From Candidatus Latescibacterota bacterium (GTDB taxonomy: Bacteria; Latescibacterota; UBA2968), in NCBI GenBank assembly GCA_965204375.1, contig OZ241986.1, positions 3,296,001 through 3,360,000 on the forward strand: DNA of 64,000 nt. Reading direction: 5' to 3'. The first letter of the stretch is position 1, and each line of letters opens with the position of its first letter. The position numbers and the translations under genes are program-made. The notes under the pieces were generated by a model. It ran no database searches. It saw only the letters and a program-made list of their open reading frames with translations, and was not told where the DNA came from. Shown piece by piece: positions 52,871 through 63,088 of the stretch.

Positions 52871-53033
52871 ATCACCTCCGCAATAACCCTTGAAATTCAA
52901 AGCTTTGTAATGTATGTTATCTCACGTCAAAACGCTATCAAAAGCCGATCGGAAAATCAAACTGGTCGGCATTTATGATACCGCACAGAAATCAAAGAGT
53001 CAACCCAAAGCATTCAGAATCTTTTCATTCTCC

Positions 53034-55883
53034 ATGTCTATCCTTCACACCTACATAACCCTCGACCTTGAAACCACGGGTCTGAACCCGAAAGAAGCCG
53101 AAATAATCGAAATCGGTGCTGTCAAAGTCAAAGACGGTGAAATTGCCGACCGCTTTCAAACTTATGTGCGTCCGAAAATGGGTGTGCCCGAAGAAACAAC
53201 GCGCCTGACGGGCATAGCATTCAAAGACGTGAGAAACGCCCCCAGCATCAACGCGGCAATCGAAAACTTTATGACCTTTGCCGGCGACCAGCCCCTCATC
53301 GTACACCAGGGTCGATTTGAAACTCGCTTCTTATCTGAAGCCTCTGGCCTGCCCTTTGGCAACAACATACACAGCGTCCGCGACCTCGCGCGGATTGCCC
53401 TGCCCAATCTATCCGATCATCGGGCGAATACACTCGCGGACTATTTTGAAGTCGCATCCTCAGCAGCACACAAAGCACTTTCCGATGCCGAGCAACTCGC
53501 AGGCATATACCCGGGTATCATCGAAATCTTGCGCGAAACCTCATTGCAAAACAAACAAAACATACTACGCCTTTTACAAGGCACAAATAGCCCCTTGCTC
53601 AACATCTTTGTCGATCTGGGCAACGAAGCGGTCAAAAGCGAATTCATGAACCGCATTCGCGGTGGCGGGGCAGAAGGCCTCCCCCTATCCAACATAGGCG
53701 GCGACGAACCCCGAACGGAAACAGAGGACCACGCGCCTCTCGACATCGACATGCTCTGCACCCTGTTTGAATCCGGCGGCACATTCGACCAACAAACCGA
53801 AGGATATGAAGTTCGCACCGAACAGATCGAAATGGTACGCGCCATTGCCGATGCCTTCAACAACAACCATCTCCTCGTCGCCGAAGCGGGCACAGGCGTG
53901 GGCAAATCCATGGCCTATCTCACCCCGGCCATTCACCACGCCGCACAAAATGGCCGCCGCATCATTGTTTCCACCAATACCAAAAATCTTCAGGAACAAT
54001 TGTTCTTCAAAGACCTCCCCCACCTCGAATGCACCCTGAATGTACCCTTTAGCTATGTCCTGCTCAAAGGTCGCAGCAACTATATATGCCTCAACCGCTG
54101 GCATGCCGCACTCGCCAATATGGAAACATTCTTTACCGAAGACGAGCGCGAAGGAGCGTTATCCCTCGTTATATGGGCAGAACAAACGCAAACTGGCGAC
54201 ATTTCGGAAAACAACGGCTTTGATATGCGTCGCTATGCCGGCCTGTGGTCAAAAGTGTGTTCCGACTCGGGGTATTGCCGCTCGCAAAAGTGCCGCACCA
54301 ACGGGCAGTGTTTTGCCAACACCGTGCGCCGATCTGCCCAAAAAGCACATATCGTGGTAGTCAATCACTCCCTGCTCTTTTCCGACATCGTCTCGGAAAA
54401 TGCCGTGCTGGGTGAATACGAAGACCTCATACTGGACGAAGCCCACAACATCGAAAAAATTGCCGCACAATATTTGGGACGCGAACTCAATATATGGCAA
54501 ATCAAAAATTTTTCCGATCAACTGCGCAGTCCGGGATTTCAGAGCACCGGCACCCTGCCCGCATTGCGTCACTGGATCGGTGTAGCCGATCTCAAAGACA
54601 ATATCTTCGCCACCTTTGACAAAGGCATTGGGCGGGCAGTGAACGCCGCCGAAGATATCTATCTCAAAGCGCAGACCTTTTTTCAAGACCTCACGGAATT
54701 TTTGTACGGCAAACAGGGCAAGCGCAAATTTTACTACACGCCAAAAGAGCGCTATCGCCCGGGAGAAAATACGTTTGAGGCGGTTGGTGAAAGTCTTGGG
54801 AACTTTGCCGAAGCGATCAAAGAACTCAACAACAGCTTAAAAAATCTGTGCGATTGGCTCAAAGACTTGCCCGACGACACGTTTCCCAACCAGGACGAAC
54901 TCGTCAACGAACTCGACGGGCGCGCACAGGAATGCAGCGACCTGCTCGCAACCCTCGATCACTTGACCCATCCCGAAGACGAACAATGCGTTTACTGGTT
55001 TGAATTGCCAACCCGAGAAAATAGCAGTGACACGCGCCTGTTTTCTGCGCCCCTGCACGTCGCCGATGTATTGCGCGACGCGCTCTACGACAAAAAGCAC
55101 ACCATCGTCTTCACATCAGCCACTCTGGGCATTCGCGGCAAACTCATCTACTTTCTTCAACGCATGGGGCTCGACACCATGCCCGATGAGCGCGTACAAA
55201 CGAGTTGTTTGGGTTCGCCCTTTGACTACAATTTACAAGCCCTCGTCTGCGTACCTCAATTTATGCCATCACCCAAATCCCCTCATTTTCAACAAGCTGT
55301 TGACGATTTGTTGCGCCATCTGGCGCGCAAAGTCGGACGGGGCACGCTGGCATTATTTACTTCCTACAGCATGCTCAACCAGTCTTATGACGCGCTCAAA
55401 AACGATCTATCGTCCGATGGCATCTTACTCTTGGGACAGGGGATAGACGGTGCGCGTGGCAACATTACCGACCGCTTTAAGACCCACCGCCGCGCAATGT
55501 TGCTTGGCACAGACAGTTTCTGGGAGGGGGTAGATATCCCCGGCGAAGCCCTCGAAATCCTGGGTATTATTCGCCTGCCTTTTGCCGTGCCATCTGAACC
55601 CCTCGTTGCGGCGCACATGGAAGAACTCGAAAAACAGGGCAAAAATCCATTTTTACACTATTCGGTCCCCGAAGCCATTCTCAAATTTCGCCAGGGTTTT
55701 GGCCGCCTGATACGCAACAAATCCGACAGAGGCATTGTCATCGTCTTCGACAGTCGGGTTTTATCCACCTTTTATGGGCGGGCTTTTCTCGAAGCATTGC
55801 CAGTTCAACATCGGGCGTTTCGAGCACCAGACCATTTATTACAAGCCATCAAAAGCTGGTTCGACAAAGCGAGCGCATCGTGA
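53034..55883 (+). CDS. dinG: DinG-family helicase with N-terminal DEDDh exonuclease
   Basis: LDLETTG, HKALSDA; EAGTGVGKS, DEAH, TSATL, FWEGVD, QGFGRLIR. Confidence 0.92.
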   Translation: MSILHTYITLDLETTGLNPKEAEIIEIGAVKVKDGEIADRFQTYVRPKMGVPEETTRLTGIAFKDVRNAPSINAAIENFMTFAGDQPLIVHQGRFETRFLSEASGLPFGNNIHSVRDLARIALPNLSDHRANTLADYFEVASSAAHKALSDAEQLAGIYPGIIEILRETSLQNKQNILRLLQGTNSPLLNIFVDLGNEAVKSEFMNRIRGGGAEGLPLSNIGGDEPRTETEDHAPLDIDMLCTLFESGGTFDQQTEGYEVRTEQIEMVRAIADAFNNNHLLVAEAGTGVGKSMAYLTPAIHHAAQNGRRIIVSTNTKNLQEQLFFKDLPHLECTLNVPFSYVLLKGRSNYICLNRWHAALANMETFFTEDEREGALSLVIWAEQTQTGDISENNGFDMRRYAGLWSKVCSDSGYCRSQKCRTNGQCFANTVRRSAQKAHIVVVNHSLLFSDIVSENAVLGEYEDLILDEAHNIEKIAAQYLGRELNIWQIKNFSDQLRSPGFQSTGTLPALRHWIGVADLKDNIFATFDKGIGRAVNAAEDIYLKAQTFFQDLTEFLYGKQGKRKFYYTPKERYRPGENTFEAVGESLGNFAEAIKELNNSLKNLCDWLKDLPDDTFPNQDELVNELDGRAQECSDLLATLDHLTHPEDEQCVYWFELPTRENSSDTRLFSAPLHVADVLRDALYDKKHTIVFTSATLGIRGKLIYFLQRMGLDTMPDERVQTSCLGSPFDYNLQALVCVPQFMPSPKSPHFQQAVDDLLRHLARKVGRGTLALFTSYSMLNQSYDALKNDLSSDGILLLGQGIDGARGNITDRFKTHRRAMLLGTDSFWEGVDIPGEALEILGIIRLPFAVPSEPLVAAHMEELEKQGKNPFLHYSVPEAILKFRQGFGRLIRNKSDRGIVIVFDSRVLSTFYGRAFLEALPVQHRAFRAPDHLLQAIKSWFDKASAS

Positions 55884-57301
55884 ATACCAAACACCTGACT
55901 TCCATACGCGAGCCTCTGGGGAAATTGCTGGTACAAATTCCCCAGCGCGATCATCCGCTCGTCGGGCATGCCTATCACTTTGCCAATGCCAGCCACGAAG
56001 GCCAGGACCGCGATGCCGGGCAACCATATATCACCCATCCCATCGGCGTGGCACTCATCCTGGCTTCTGAATTGGGCTTTGCGCGCGATGCGGAAATGAT
56101 GGCAGCGGCACTATTGCACGACGCCGTTGAAGACTCTGCCCTGACCCTTAGCGACATTGAACCCACCTTTGGCAAAAACATTGCCACTCTCGTCAGCGGC
56201 GTCACAAAAGTAGAAGGATCAAAAGCCGGTCGCACTGCGCGGCGCATTGCCACCTTGCAACACCTGTTCACCCATGCCAGAAGAGACCCGCGCGTACTCA
56301 TTCTCAAATTAGCTGACCGCATGTACAACATGCGTAGCCTCGACGGTATTTCAGAAATCGACAGGCGACAACGCATTGCGCGAGAAACCATTGATATATA
56401 TGCGCCCCTATCGCACCTATTGGGCATGGCCCGCATTCGGCGCGAGCTTGAAGACCGCAGTCTTTGCTGCCTTGAACCGCGGATCGCGAATCAGATACAG
56501 ACTACATTTAGAACAGAACAGACTGGGCACCTCGTAAAATTCCAGGACACAATTCGCAACTTGCTCAACGCCAACGGCGTGCGGACAAGTGTGCGCGTGC
56601 AACAGAAAAGTTTGGGTAGCATCTACCGCAAAATGCAACATCGCCCCCTCAATCAAATTCAGGATCGCTACGCAGTCGAAGTCATTGTCTCACGTCGTCG
56701 TCTGTGTTATTTGGCTTTGGGCATTTTGCACGAGCACTTCCTGCCCGTTATGGAGCGTTTCAAAGACTTTATAGCCCTGCCCAAACGCAATGGTTATCAA
56801 GCCCTGCATACCTGTGTCCACCACAAGGATCAACGCTACGAACTCCACATTCAAACCCCTGCAATGCATCGCCTGGGCGAATTTGGCATCGCCGCATTGC
56901 GCGGAGACGCGCAGCATGAAGAGCGGCGCACACGCTGGTTGCACGATTTTGTCGATTGGTACGACCGCGCCGATGCCTCCCATCACCTGATGACGGAACT
57001 CAAACGCATTCTCTTTACCCGAGAAATTGTCGCCCTCACCCCCAGAGGTGACCCCTTTATATTGCCCGAAGATGCGACCGTCGTCGATTTTGCCTTTGCC
57101 GTGCATACCGACCTCGGCTTACAATGCAAAGGAGGCCGTATCAACGGCGCGCGGGCTTATCCGTTCTCCAAACTCGCCTGGGGCGACACCGTTGAAATTG
57201 ACACCGATCCAAACCAACATCCCAAAAAGAGTTGGATTAGCCGCGTTAAAACCTACCGCGCCCGCCGTCACATCCAGCACTATCTCAATAGTCAAACATA
57301 A
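55880..57301 (+). CDS. Short RelA/SpoT homolog (HD + divergent synthetase + TGS)
   Basis: PYITHP, ALLHDAVED, KLADRMYNMR, PKRNGYQALHT, DFAFAVHT; ends after TGS. Confidence 0.88.
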   Translation: MNTKHLTSIREPLGKLLVQIPQRDHPLVGHAYHFANASHEGQDRDAGQPYITHPIGVALILASELGFARDAEMMAAALLHDAVEDSALTLSDIEPTFGKNIATLVSGVTKVEGSKAGRTARRIATLQHLFTHARRDPRVLILKLADRMYNMRSLDGISEIDRRQRIARETIDIYAPLSHLLGMARIRRELEDRSLCCLEPRIANQIQTTFRTEQTGHLVKFQDTIRNLLNANGVRTSVRVQQKSLGSIYRKMQHRPLNQIQDRYAVEVIVSRRRLCYLALGILHEHFLPVMERFKDFIALPKRNGYQALHTCVHHKDQRYELHIQTPAMHRLGEFGIAALRGDAQHEERRTRWLHDFVDWYDRADASHHLMTELKRILFTREIVALTPRGDPFILPEDATVVDFAFAVHTDLGLQCKGGRINGARAYPFSKLAWGDTVEIDTDPNQHPKKSWISRVKTYRARRHIQHYLNSQT

Positions 57302-57340
57302 GCGGTCAGCAGTCGGCTTTAATTGGACGATGATGGGTGA

Positions 57341-57410
57341 ACTTCACACTTCACACTTCACACTTCACACTTCACACTTCACACTTCACACTTCTCACTT
57401 CTCACTTCTC
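57341..57410 (+). repeat. Heptamer tandem array (ACTTCAC)7(ACTTCTC)3
   Basis: Counted directly; abuts ATG 57411. Confidence 0.95.
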
Positions 57411-57728
57411 ATGCCTCGCTTTCTTTTATTCTTTGCCATCATCCTGATCTTTGCGTGTTCGGGAACCAATCCCGTTCTCGAAAGTCAAAAGATGAAGGTC
57501 TCACAAGCTCAAAAGACGCTGCGCGAAGAACGCATCCGCTTGCAAACCCTGCGCGACAGCCTGAAAAGCGAAATTCGCCGCAATATCGCCCTGGGCATTC
57601 CAGAAGAACAGGCAGAAAAAATAGAACACGCCCGTATCAAAATTCAGGAAACCATTGTCGTGGTATCGGAAAAAAATCTGGCAGCGCAACGCGCTCTACT
57701 CGACTCGCTCACAAAATATTCCCCTTGA
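57411..57728 (+). CDS. Small hypothetical coiled-coil lipoprotein
   Basis: MPRFLLFFAIILIFAC lipobox then helical region. Confidence 0.65.
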   Translation: MPRFLLFFAIILIFACSGTNPVLESQKMKVSQAQKTLREERIRLQTLRDSLKSEIRRNIALGIPEEQAEKIEHARIKIQETIVVVSEKNLAAQRALLDSLTKYSP

Positions 57729-57871
57729 GGCTTTGGTATTTACAAATTATTTACAAATATTAACTTGCGCTAATAGCGCAAATTTATCATATTGACCATC
57801 TGTAACTATATATAACTGTATATGCTTGCGTTTAGGCATCCCGAAAACTTTGAACAAGAGGAGGAGCATCC

Positions 57872-59344
57872 GTGTCCAACCGCGAACATTTTCCTGTCGC
57901 GCCCAAACTTGCGTATGCATCCACGGGACTCGAACCGTATATCCCCTCGGCAGAACAGCCCTGGGACGAGCACCGGGCGGCACACCTCTTGCGGCGCACC
58001 CTGATTGGTCCAACGCCAAAAGAAATTGCAGAAGCCGTGCAAAGCACGCCAGAAGCCGTTGTAGATCGCCTTCTGGAAATGCCTTTTTTGCCTCCCAATC
58101 CACCCGCTCAGTGGGTTTATCAGGATCCATTTCAAAAACCCAATGCAGATCAGCGCAAAATTGAGCGCCAGCGCGTTGACGAGACCCGCGCCTGGTGGAT
58201 GTCGCTCATCGTCAATCAGGGGTTCTCAATACAAGAGCGCATGGTACTCTTCTGGCACGATCACTTTGCCACCCAGGCAAAAGATGTCAGACGCCCGCAG
58301 TGGATGTATCTCCAGAATTTCCTGTTTCGCAAGCGTGCTGTCGGCAATTTCAAAACACTTGTCAATGAAGTCACAATAGATCCGGCCATGATCTACTACC
58401 TCGACAGCAACTCCAACAGAGTGGGAAGACCCAATGAAAATTACGCCCGAGAACTCATGGAATTGTTCACCATGGGCGAGGGCAACACCTACACAGAACA
58501 CGATATTGGAGAGGCATCCCGCGCGCTCACAGGTTGGATTGTCGTAGGCAGGCAACCCACTTTTAGAACGGGTCGGTTCGACAAAGGCCAGAAGACCTTC
58601 TTGGGACAAACTGGCAACTTTGATTATCGGGACATTATCGACATCATCTTCCAGCAAGAAATCACAGCAGAATTTATATGCGGCAAACTCTATCGCGAAT
58701 TTGTCTATGAGCATCCAGACAAAAATGTCGTGTCGGAACTCGCGCAAATCATGCGCGACAACGACTACGAAATCAAACCAGTTTTGAAAGCATTGCTCTT
58801 GAGCCAGCACTTTTTTGATCCAGCCACCATCGGTGCCAAAATCAAAAGCCCCGTCGAACTCGTCGCCGGTACAGCGCGCAGTCTCGGTTTCAAAGCTGGC
58901 AAAGGCAGGAGCATCAGTTCCGAGTACCTCGTTTACCTCGCCCAGGTGCTCGGTCAAAAACTGCTCGATCCCCCCAATGTAGCCGGATGGCCTGGATATC
59001 GGCTATGGATCAGCACATCGACACTGCCCGAACGCCACAAAATGACCGACGAAATGGTCGATGCCAAACCGCGCAATCCCAACCGTTACACCATCATCAA
59101 CCCGGATACCGTGGGATTCGTCAAGGCATTTCCCGAACCCTACGACGCGGAAAAACTCGTTCGCGACATGGGAGAATGTCTGACGGCCTTTTCAGTTGAC
59201 GAATATCGCCTCGAAATGTTTTTGGAAACGCTCCTCGAAGGCGCTGATGTCTATGACTGGAATCCCGACGCGATTGCAGCACCCCGACGCATCAAGAATA
59301 TTCTCAAACTCATCTTTGAATTGCCCGACTATCAACTGAATTAG
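57872..59344 (+). CDS. DUF1800-family protein
   Basis: AAHLLRR, ERMVLFWHDHFAT, PAMIYYLD, PNENYARELMELFTMG, PPNVAGW. Confidence 0.9.
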   Translation: MSNREHFPVAPKLAYASTGLEPYIPSAEQPWDEHRAAHLLRRTLIGPTPKEIAEAVQSTPEAVVDRLLEMPFLPPNPPAQWVYQDPFQKPNADQRKIERQRVDETRAWWMSLIVNQGFSIQERMVLFWHDHFATQAKDVRRPQWMYLQNFLFRKRAVGNFKTLVNEVTIDPAMIYYLDSNSNRVGRPNENYARELMELFTMGEGNTYTEHDIGEASRALTGWIVVGRQPTFRTGRFDKGQKTFLGQTGNFDYRDIIDIIFQQEITAEFICGKLYREFVYEHPDKNVVSELAQIMRDNDYEIKPVLKALLLSQHFFDPATIGAKIKSPVELVAGTARSLGFKAGKGRSISSEYLVYLAQVLGQKLLDPPNVAGWPGYRLWISTSTLPERHKMTDEMVDAKPRNPNRYTIINPDTVGFVKAFPEPYDAEKLVRDMGECLTAFSVDEYRLEMFLETLLEGADVYDWNPDAIAAPRRIKNILKLIFELPDYQLN

Positions 59345-59383
59345 ACTTGAGGCCTGCCTGTCAGCCTCCAGAAGGAGCTCGTT

Positions 59384-60808
59384 ATGAACAGACGCGACTT
59401 TATGAAAAATGCGACCCGCGGTGGTGCCGGGTTTGCACTCGGCGGTTTTATGACCCGGGCTTATGGGCGCGCCGAAGCTGTTGGTCCCCTGGCCGCAGCA
59501 GCCCTCAGCGAGACCGACCGCGTGCTCGTTATCATTCGCCTCAATGGCGGTAATGACGGCCTCAACACCCTGGTCAATTTTGAAAACGATGCCTATTATC
59601 AGGCGCGTCCCAAAATCCACGTCAGAAAAGCAGAAGCCCTCAGACTCACCCCAACACAGGGCCTGCATCCCCAACTCACCGGATTCAAAGAACTCTATGA
59701 CGAAGGTCAAATGATGATCATGCAGGGGGTGGGCTATCCCAATCCCAACCGGTCGCACTTCCGCTCAACCGATATCTGGTTGACCGCATCGAATTCAAAC
59801 GAATTTTTGAATCACGGTTGGCTGGGGCGCTATTTCGAATCCCAAACCCCGGGCTTCCCAGACACCCTGCCAGAACATCCTCTCGCCGTTGACATCGGCC
59901 CCGTGCTTTCCCTCGCTCTGTTGGGCAAAAACGGCGCTATGGGCATTGCCCTGCGCAACCCCAGGCAATTTGTCAATCTCGTGGAACGGGGCAACAAAAT
60001 TATCGAAGACGGTAAAATTCCCACACCGGCTGGATATGAACTCGACTTTATCCGCCGCATCAATTTTGAATCCCTGCAATATTCCTCACAAGTCAGAGAT
60101 GCTGCAGATAAAGGCGCAAACAGGGTTGAATACCCCACCGGGAATTCGCTCGCCACCCAACTCAGTCTGGTTGCGCGGTTGATCGCTGGCGGCTTGAAAT
60201 CCAAAGTGTATCTGGTCTCACAGGGCGGATACGACACACACTCCAATCAGCTCAACCGCCACAACACCCTGATGAGATATCTCAACGAAGCAGTCACGTC
60301 TTTTGTTCAGGACCTGCGGCAACACCAGTTGCAAGACCGCGTGCTCGGCATGAGCATTTCGGAATTTGGTCGTCGAACAAAAGAAAACGGCAGCGCGGGC
60401 ACCGATCACGGCACATCGGCACCCATGTTCTTCTTTGGCCCATCGGTCAATGCGGGCATTGCAGGTCCAGCCCCCAACTTTGGGCAGGTTGACAGACGCG
60501 GTGACTTTTACTACGATCACGATTTCCGCCATGTCTATGCCTCGGTGCTCAACCAGTGGTTTGACGTATCACAAGACGTGGTCTCAAACATCTTTTCATC
60601 CAATACGTCTCATATACCCATTCTCAGATCGCCACCCCTCGATCTCGCCAAAGTTGACTTTAATGCCGACGGCAAACTCGACTTTACCGACTTTCTCGAA
60701 TTTACCCAGGCCTTCGGTACTGACGAGGCCAAATACGACTTAGACGGCGACGGCAAAGTTGGATTTGGCGATTTCCTGAGATTTGTCGATGCCTACCGAA
60801 ACCGTTAA
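59384..60808 (+). CDS. DUF1501-family Tat-exported protein with C-terminal Ca-binding repeats
   Basis: MNRRDF, GGNDGLNT, RSHFRS, GGYDTH, SEFGRR..EN..GTDHG; DFNADGKLDFTDF / DLDGDGKVGFGDF. Confidence 0.9.
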   Translation: MNRRDFMKNATRGGAGFALGGFMTRAYGRAEAVGPLAAAALSETDRVLVIIRLNGGNDGLNTLVNFENDAYYQARPKIHVRKAEALRLTPTQGLHPQLTGFKELYDEGQMMIMQGVGYPNPNRSHFRSTDIWLTASNSNEFLNHGWLGRYFESQTPGFPDTLPEHPLAVDIGPVLSLALLGKNGAMGIALRNPRQFVNLVERGNKIIEDGKIPTPAGYELDFIRRINFESLQYSSQVRDAADKGANRVEYPTGNSLATQLSLVARLIAGGLKSKVYLVSQGGYDTHSNQLNRHNTLMRYLNEAVTSFVQDLRQHQLQDRVLGMSISEFGRRTKENGSAGTDHGTSAPMFFFGPSVNAGIAGPAPNFGQVDRRGDFYYDHDFRHVYASVLNQWFDVSQDVVSNIFSSNTSHIPILRSPPLDLAKVDFNADGKLDFTDFLEFTQAFGTDEAKYDLDGDGKVGFGDFLRFVDAYRNR

Positions 60809-60831
60809 GCACTCAGCATCGTCTGAAACAT

Positions 60832-60860
60832 AAAAAGCCCCGGTCACGCACCGGGGCTTT
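60832..60860 (+). terminator. Intrinsic terminator
   Basis: aaagccccggt-cacgc-accggggcttt. Confidence 0.75.
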
Positions 60861-60890
60861 ACTCATGGGCAATAGAGACGAGGCAAATCC

Positions 60891-63035
60891 ATGCAAAAAC
60901 CCAAACGCGAAATCACAATTTCCAATCGCTATCTCTACTTCTACGCCAGCCTGGTCAAACGCATCTACGGTCTGATCATCCGAAATGAACACAAAAACCA
61001 ACCCAACGAGCGCTACACGGGCCATCTGGATGAAGATGGAATACCGATTTCCCAGGATGCGTCCCATACAAAAGGCAGACTACCCGGCATACCTGTCCAG
61101 GATGAAATTATCCTGTTTCGCTTTCGAAAACGCCTGCTCATAGGAACATGCCAGGCTGTTTTGCCCCGCAAAATTTCCGAAATCACAGTTTTATCAGAAG
61201 ATGGTCGGCGCCTCCGCTTTCGCCACACCAACCTCGTGTATCTCACCGGCACCTCATCAACCGATGTACCACTCAAAACTTATGCAACGGCCGTCCGCGC
61301 TTTGAGCCGAGAAATAGACCTCGAAGCCGTCTGGGAAATCGCCGTTGAATCTGCAACTCCGCTTCCGCTTTCAGAAATCGCCGACCTCTTCTACAACACA
61401 GAAATCGATGCGACGCAATGGATTGCCCTCTATCTTCACCTGCACCATGCCTCTCCTTATTTTCAGCCACAATCTTCCAACTCGTATTCGCCCTATACGG
61501 CTGGTCAAGTACATGTCCTCCACCAACGCGACAAACTTAGAAAAAATCGGGATGAAGAACGCGAAGAATTTATCCACGCCATGGCGAATCCTGACGAATC
61601 CATCGCAGAACACACGCTGACTCCACGCCAGCAAACCTATCTGGAACAGATTCGACAATACGCATTGTGGGGCAGCGAATCCCAACGCGCAACCCACGCT
61701 CAGGCATTGATCTCTGAAATTTGCAAAACAAAAAAAAACCGCCAAAAATCCGCAGTCGAACTACTCATCAAAAAAAATGTCTGGAAACGCGATCAAAACC
61801 TCGACTTGCTCCGCGCCGAAGTTCCAACTGCATTTTCAGACCTCGCCATTCGCCAGGCAGAAACACTCGCGCCCGCTTATGGAAACCGAAAAAAACAACC
61901 CGTCTTTGTAATACACCCGCCCGATCACCCAAACATCGCCCTCTCATATCGTCGCCGGCTCTTTGGAGGCGCAGAGTTTGGCGTACACATTCCAGATATC
62001 GGCGCACTCATCCCCAAAGATTCACACATCGACCGCGACGCTGCCGAACGCATGGTGCACATTCCCTTTCCCGATCATCCCATTTCCCTGCTACCCACGC
62101 GCTTTGCTCACGACCTGGGCCAATTCCAAAGCGACAAAACGCATCCAGCACTCAGCATCTTCTGGCGCGTGAATCGGGCTGGTCGCATCAAAGATTTTTG
62201 TATCGCGCAAACGGCCGCAATCAACAAAGCGGACCTTTCAACTGAAAACATCGACCAGGCACTAAACGACCCCGCGCACCCGCAGCACCGCGCCATACGA
62301 TTCTTCTCGCAATTATCCGCGCGTCTCCGCAAAACGCGGCAAACGAACATGCACGACCTCGAAGAACAATCACCTCCCAACCACGCGCATCACATCGCCC
62401 GTGAACTATCCCTGCTTGCAGGTATAGCTGCTGGTCGGTGGTGCGATAATAAAGGGATCCCCGCAATTTACGAAATGCGCGACCCCATTGAAAATATTGA
62501 GTCCATCATACAAATTCCCCATCCCGTCGTGCGCCACCACGAACTTCACCGCCAGATCCCGAACATCGGCCTCAACACAACGCCAGAAACACATCACGGC
62601 TATGGCATATCGCATTATTGTCCCATCACTCAACCCACAATCAGATACACAGACCTGGTGATGCAACGCCAGATCGATCACTACCTTAAAACCGAGCAAT
62701 CCCTTTACACAGTTGACGACCTCAACACCCTGCGCTACCGCATGTGGGAAACTCAGGATCTCATCGACGACCTGGTACACCGCCGTATCCGCGATTTGAT
62801 GTTACAATCGTGGGAAAATCAAATTGGTCGAGAATTTCGCGCCGTAGTTCTCCACCTCAAAATGCGCGGCGTCCTCGTCGAACTCCTCGACCATCCCTTC
62901 AAAACCGTCATCTATCCGGGTTATCCCGTAGAGATCGGTGACGAAATCGACCTGCGCCTGACGGGTATTGATCGCTGGAAAGGCTGGGCACACTTCACGG
63001 AAAAAACCTACCAGCAATCAGCAGTCGGCTTTTAG
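60891..63035 (+). CDS. RNase II/R-like (RNB domain) protein, catalytic motif degenerate
   Basis: GVHIPDI, HHGYGISHY.PITQPTIRYTDLVMQRQI, C-terminal S1-like domain. Confidence 0.75.
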   Translation: MQKPKREITISNRYLYFYASLVKRIYGLIIRNEHKNQPNERYTGHLDEDGIPISQDASHTKGRLPGIPVQDEIILFRFRKRLLIGTCQAVLPRKISEITVLSEDGRRLRFRHTNLVYLTGTSSTDVPLKTYATAVRALSREIDLEAVWEIAVESATPLPLSEIADLFYNTEIDATQWIALYLHLHHASPYFQPQSSNSYSPYTAGQVHVLHQRDKLRKNRDEEREEFIHAMANPDESIAEHTLTPRQQTYLEQIRQYALWGSESQRATHAQALISEICKTKKNRQKSAVELLIKKNVWKRDQNLDLLRAEVPTAFSDLAIRQAETLAPAYGNRKKQPVFVIHPPDHPNIALSYRRRLFGGAEFGVHIPDIGALIPKDSHIDRDAAERMVHIPFPDHPISLLPTRFAHDLGQFQSDKTHPALSIFWRVNRAGRIKDFCIAQTAAINKADLSTENIDQALNDPAHPQHRAIRFFSQLSARLRKTRQTNMHDLEEQSPPNHAHHIARELSLLAGIAAGRWCDNKGIPAIYEMRDPIENIESIIQIPHPVVRHHELHRQIPNIGLNTTPETHHGYGISHYCPITQPTIRYTDLVMQRQIDHYLKTEQSLYTVDDLNTLRYRMWETQDLIDDLVHRRIRDLMLQSWENQIGREFRAVVLHLKMRGVLVELLDHPFKTVIYPGYPVEIGDEIDLRLTGIDRWKGWAHFTEKTYQQSAVGF

Positions 63036-63088
63036 CCCCCAGTTCCCAGCCTCTCTTTTTTATCTGCGTCATCTGCGTCATCTGCGGA

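Noticed and set aside
57341-57410. Possible CRISPR array
   Set aside because: 7-bp contiguous units without spacers; no cas genes in window
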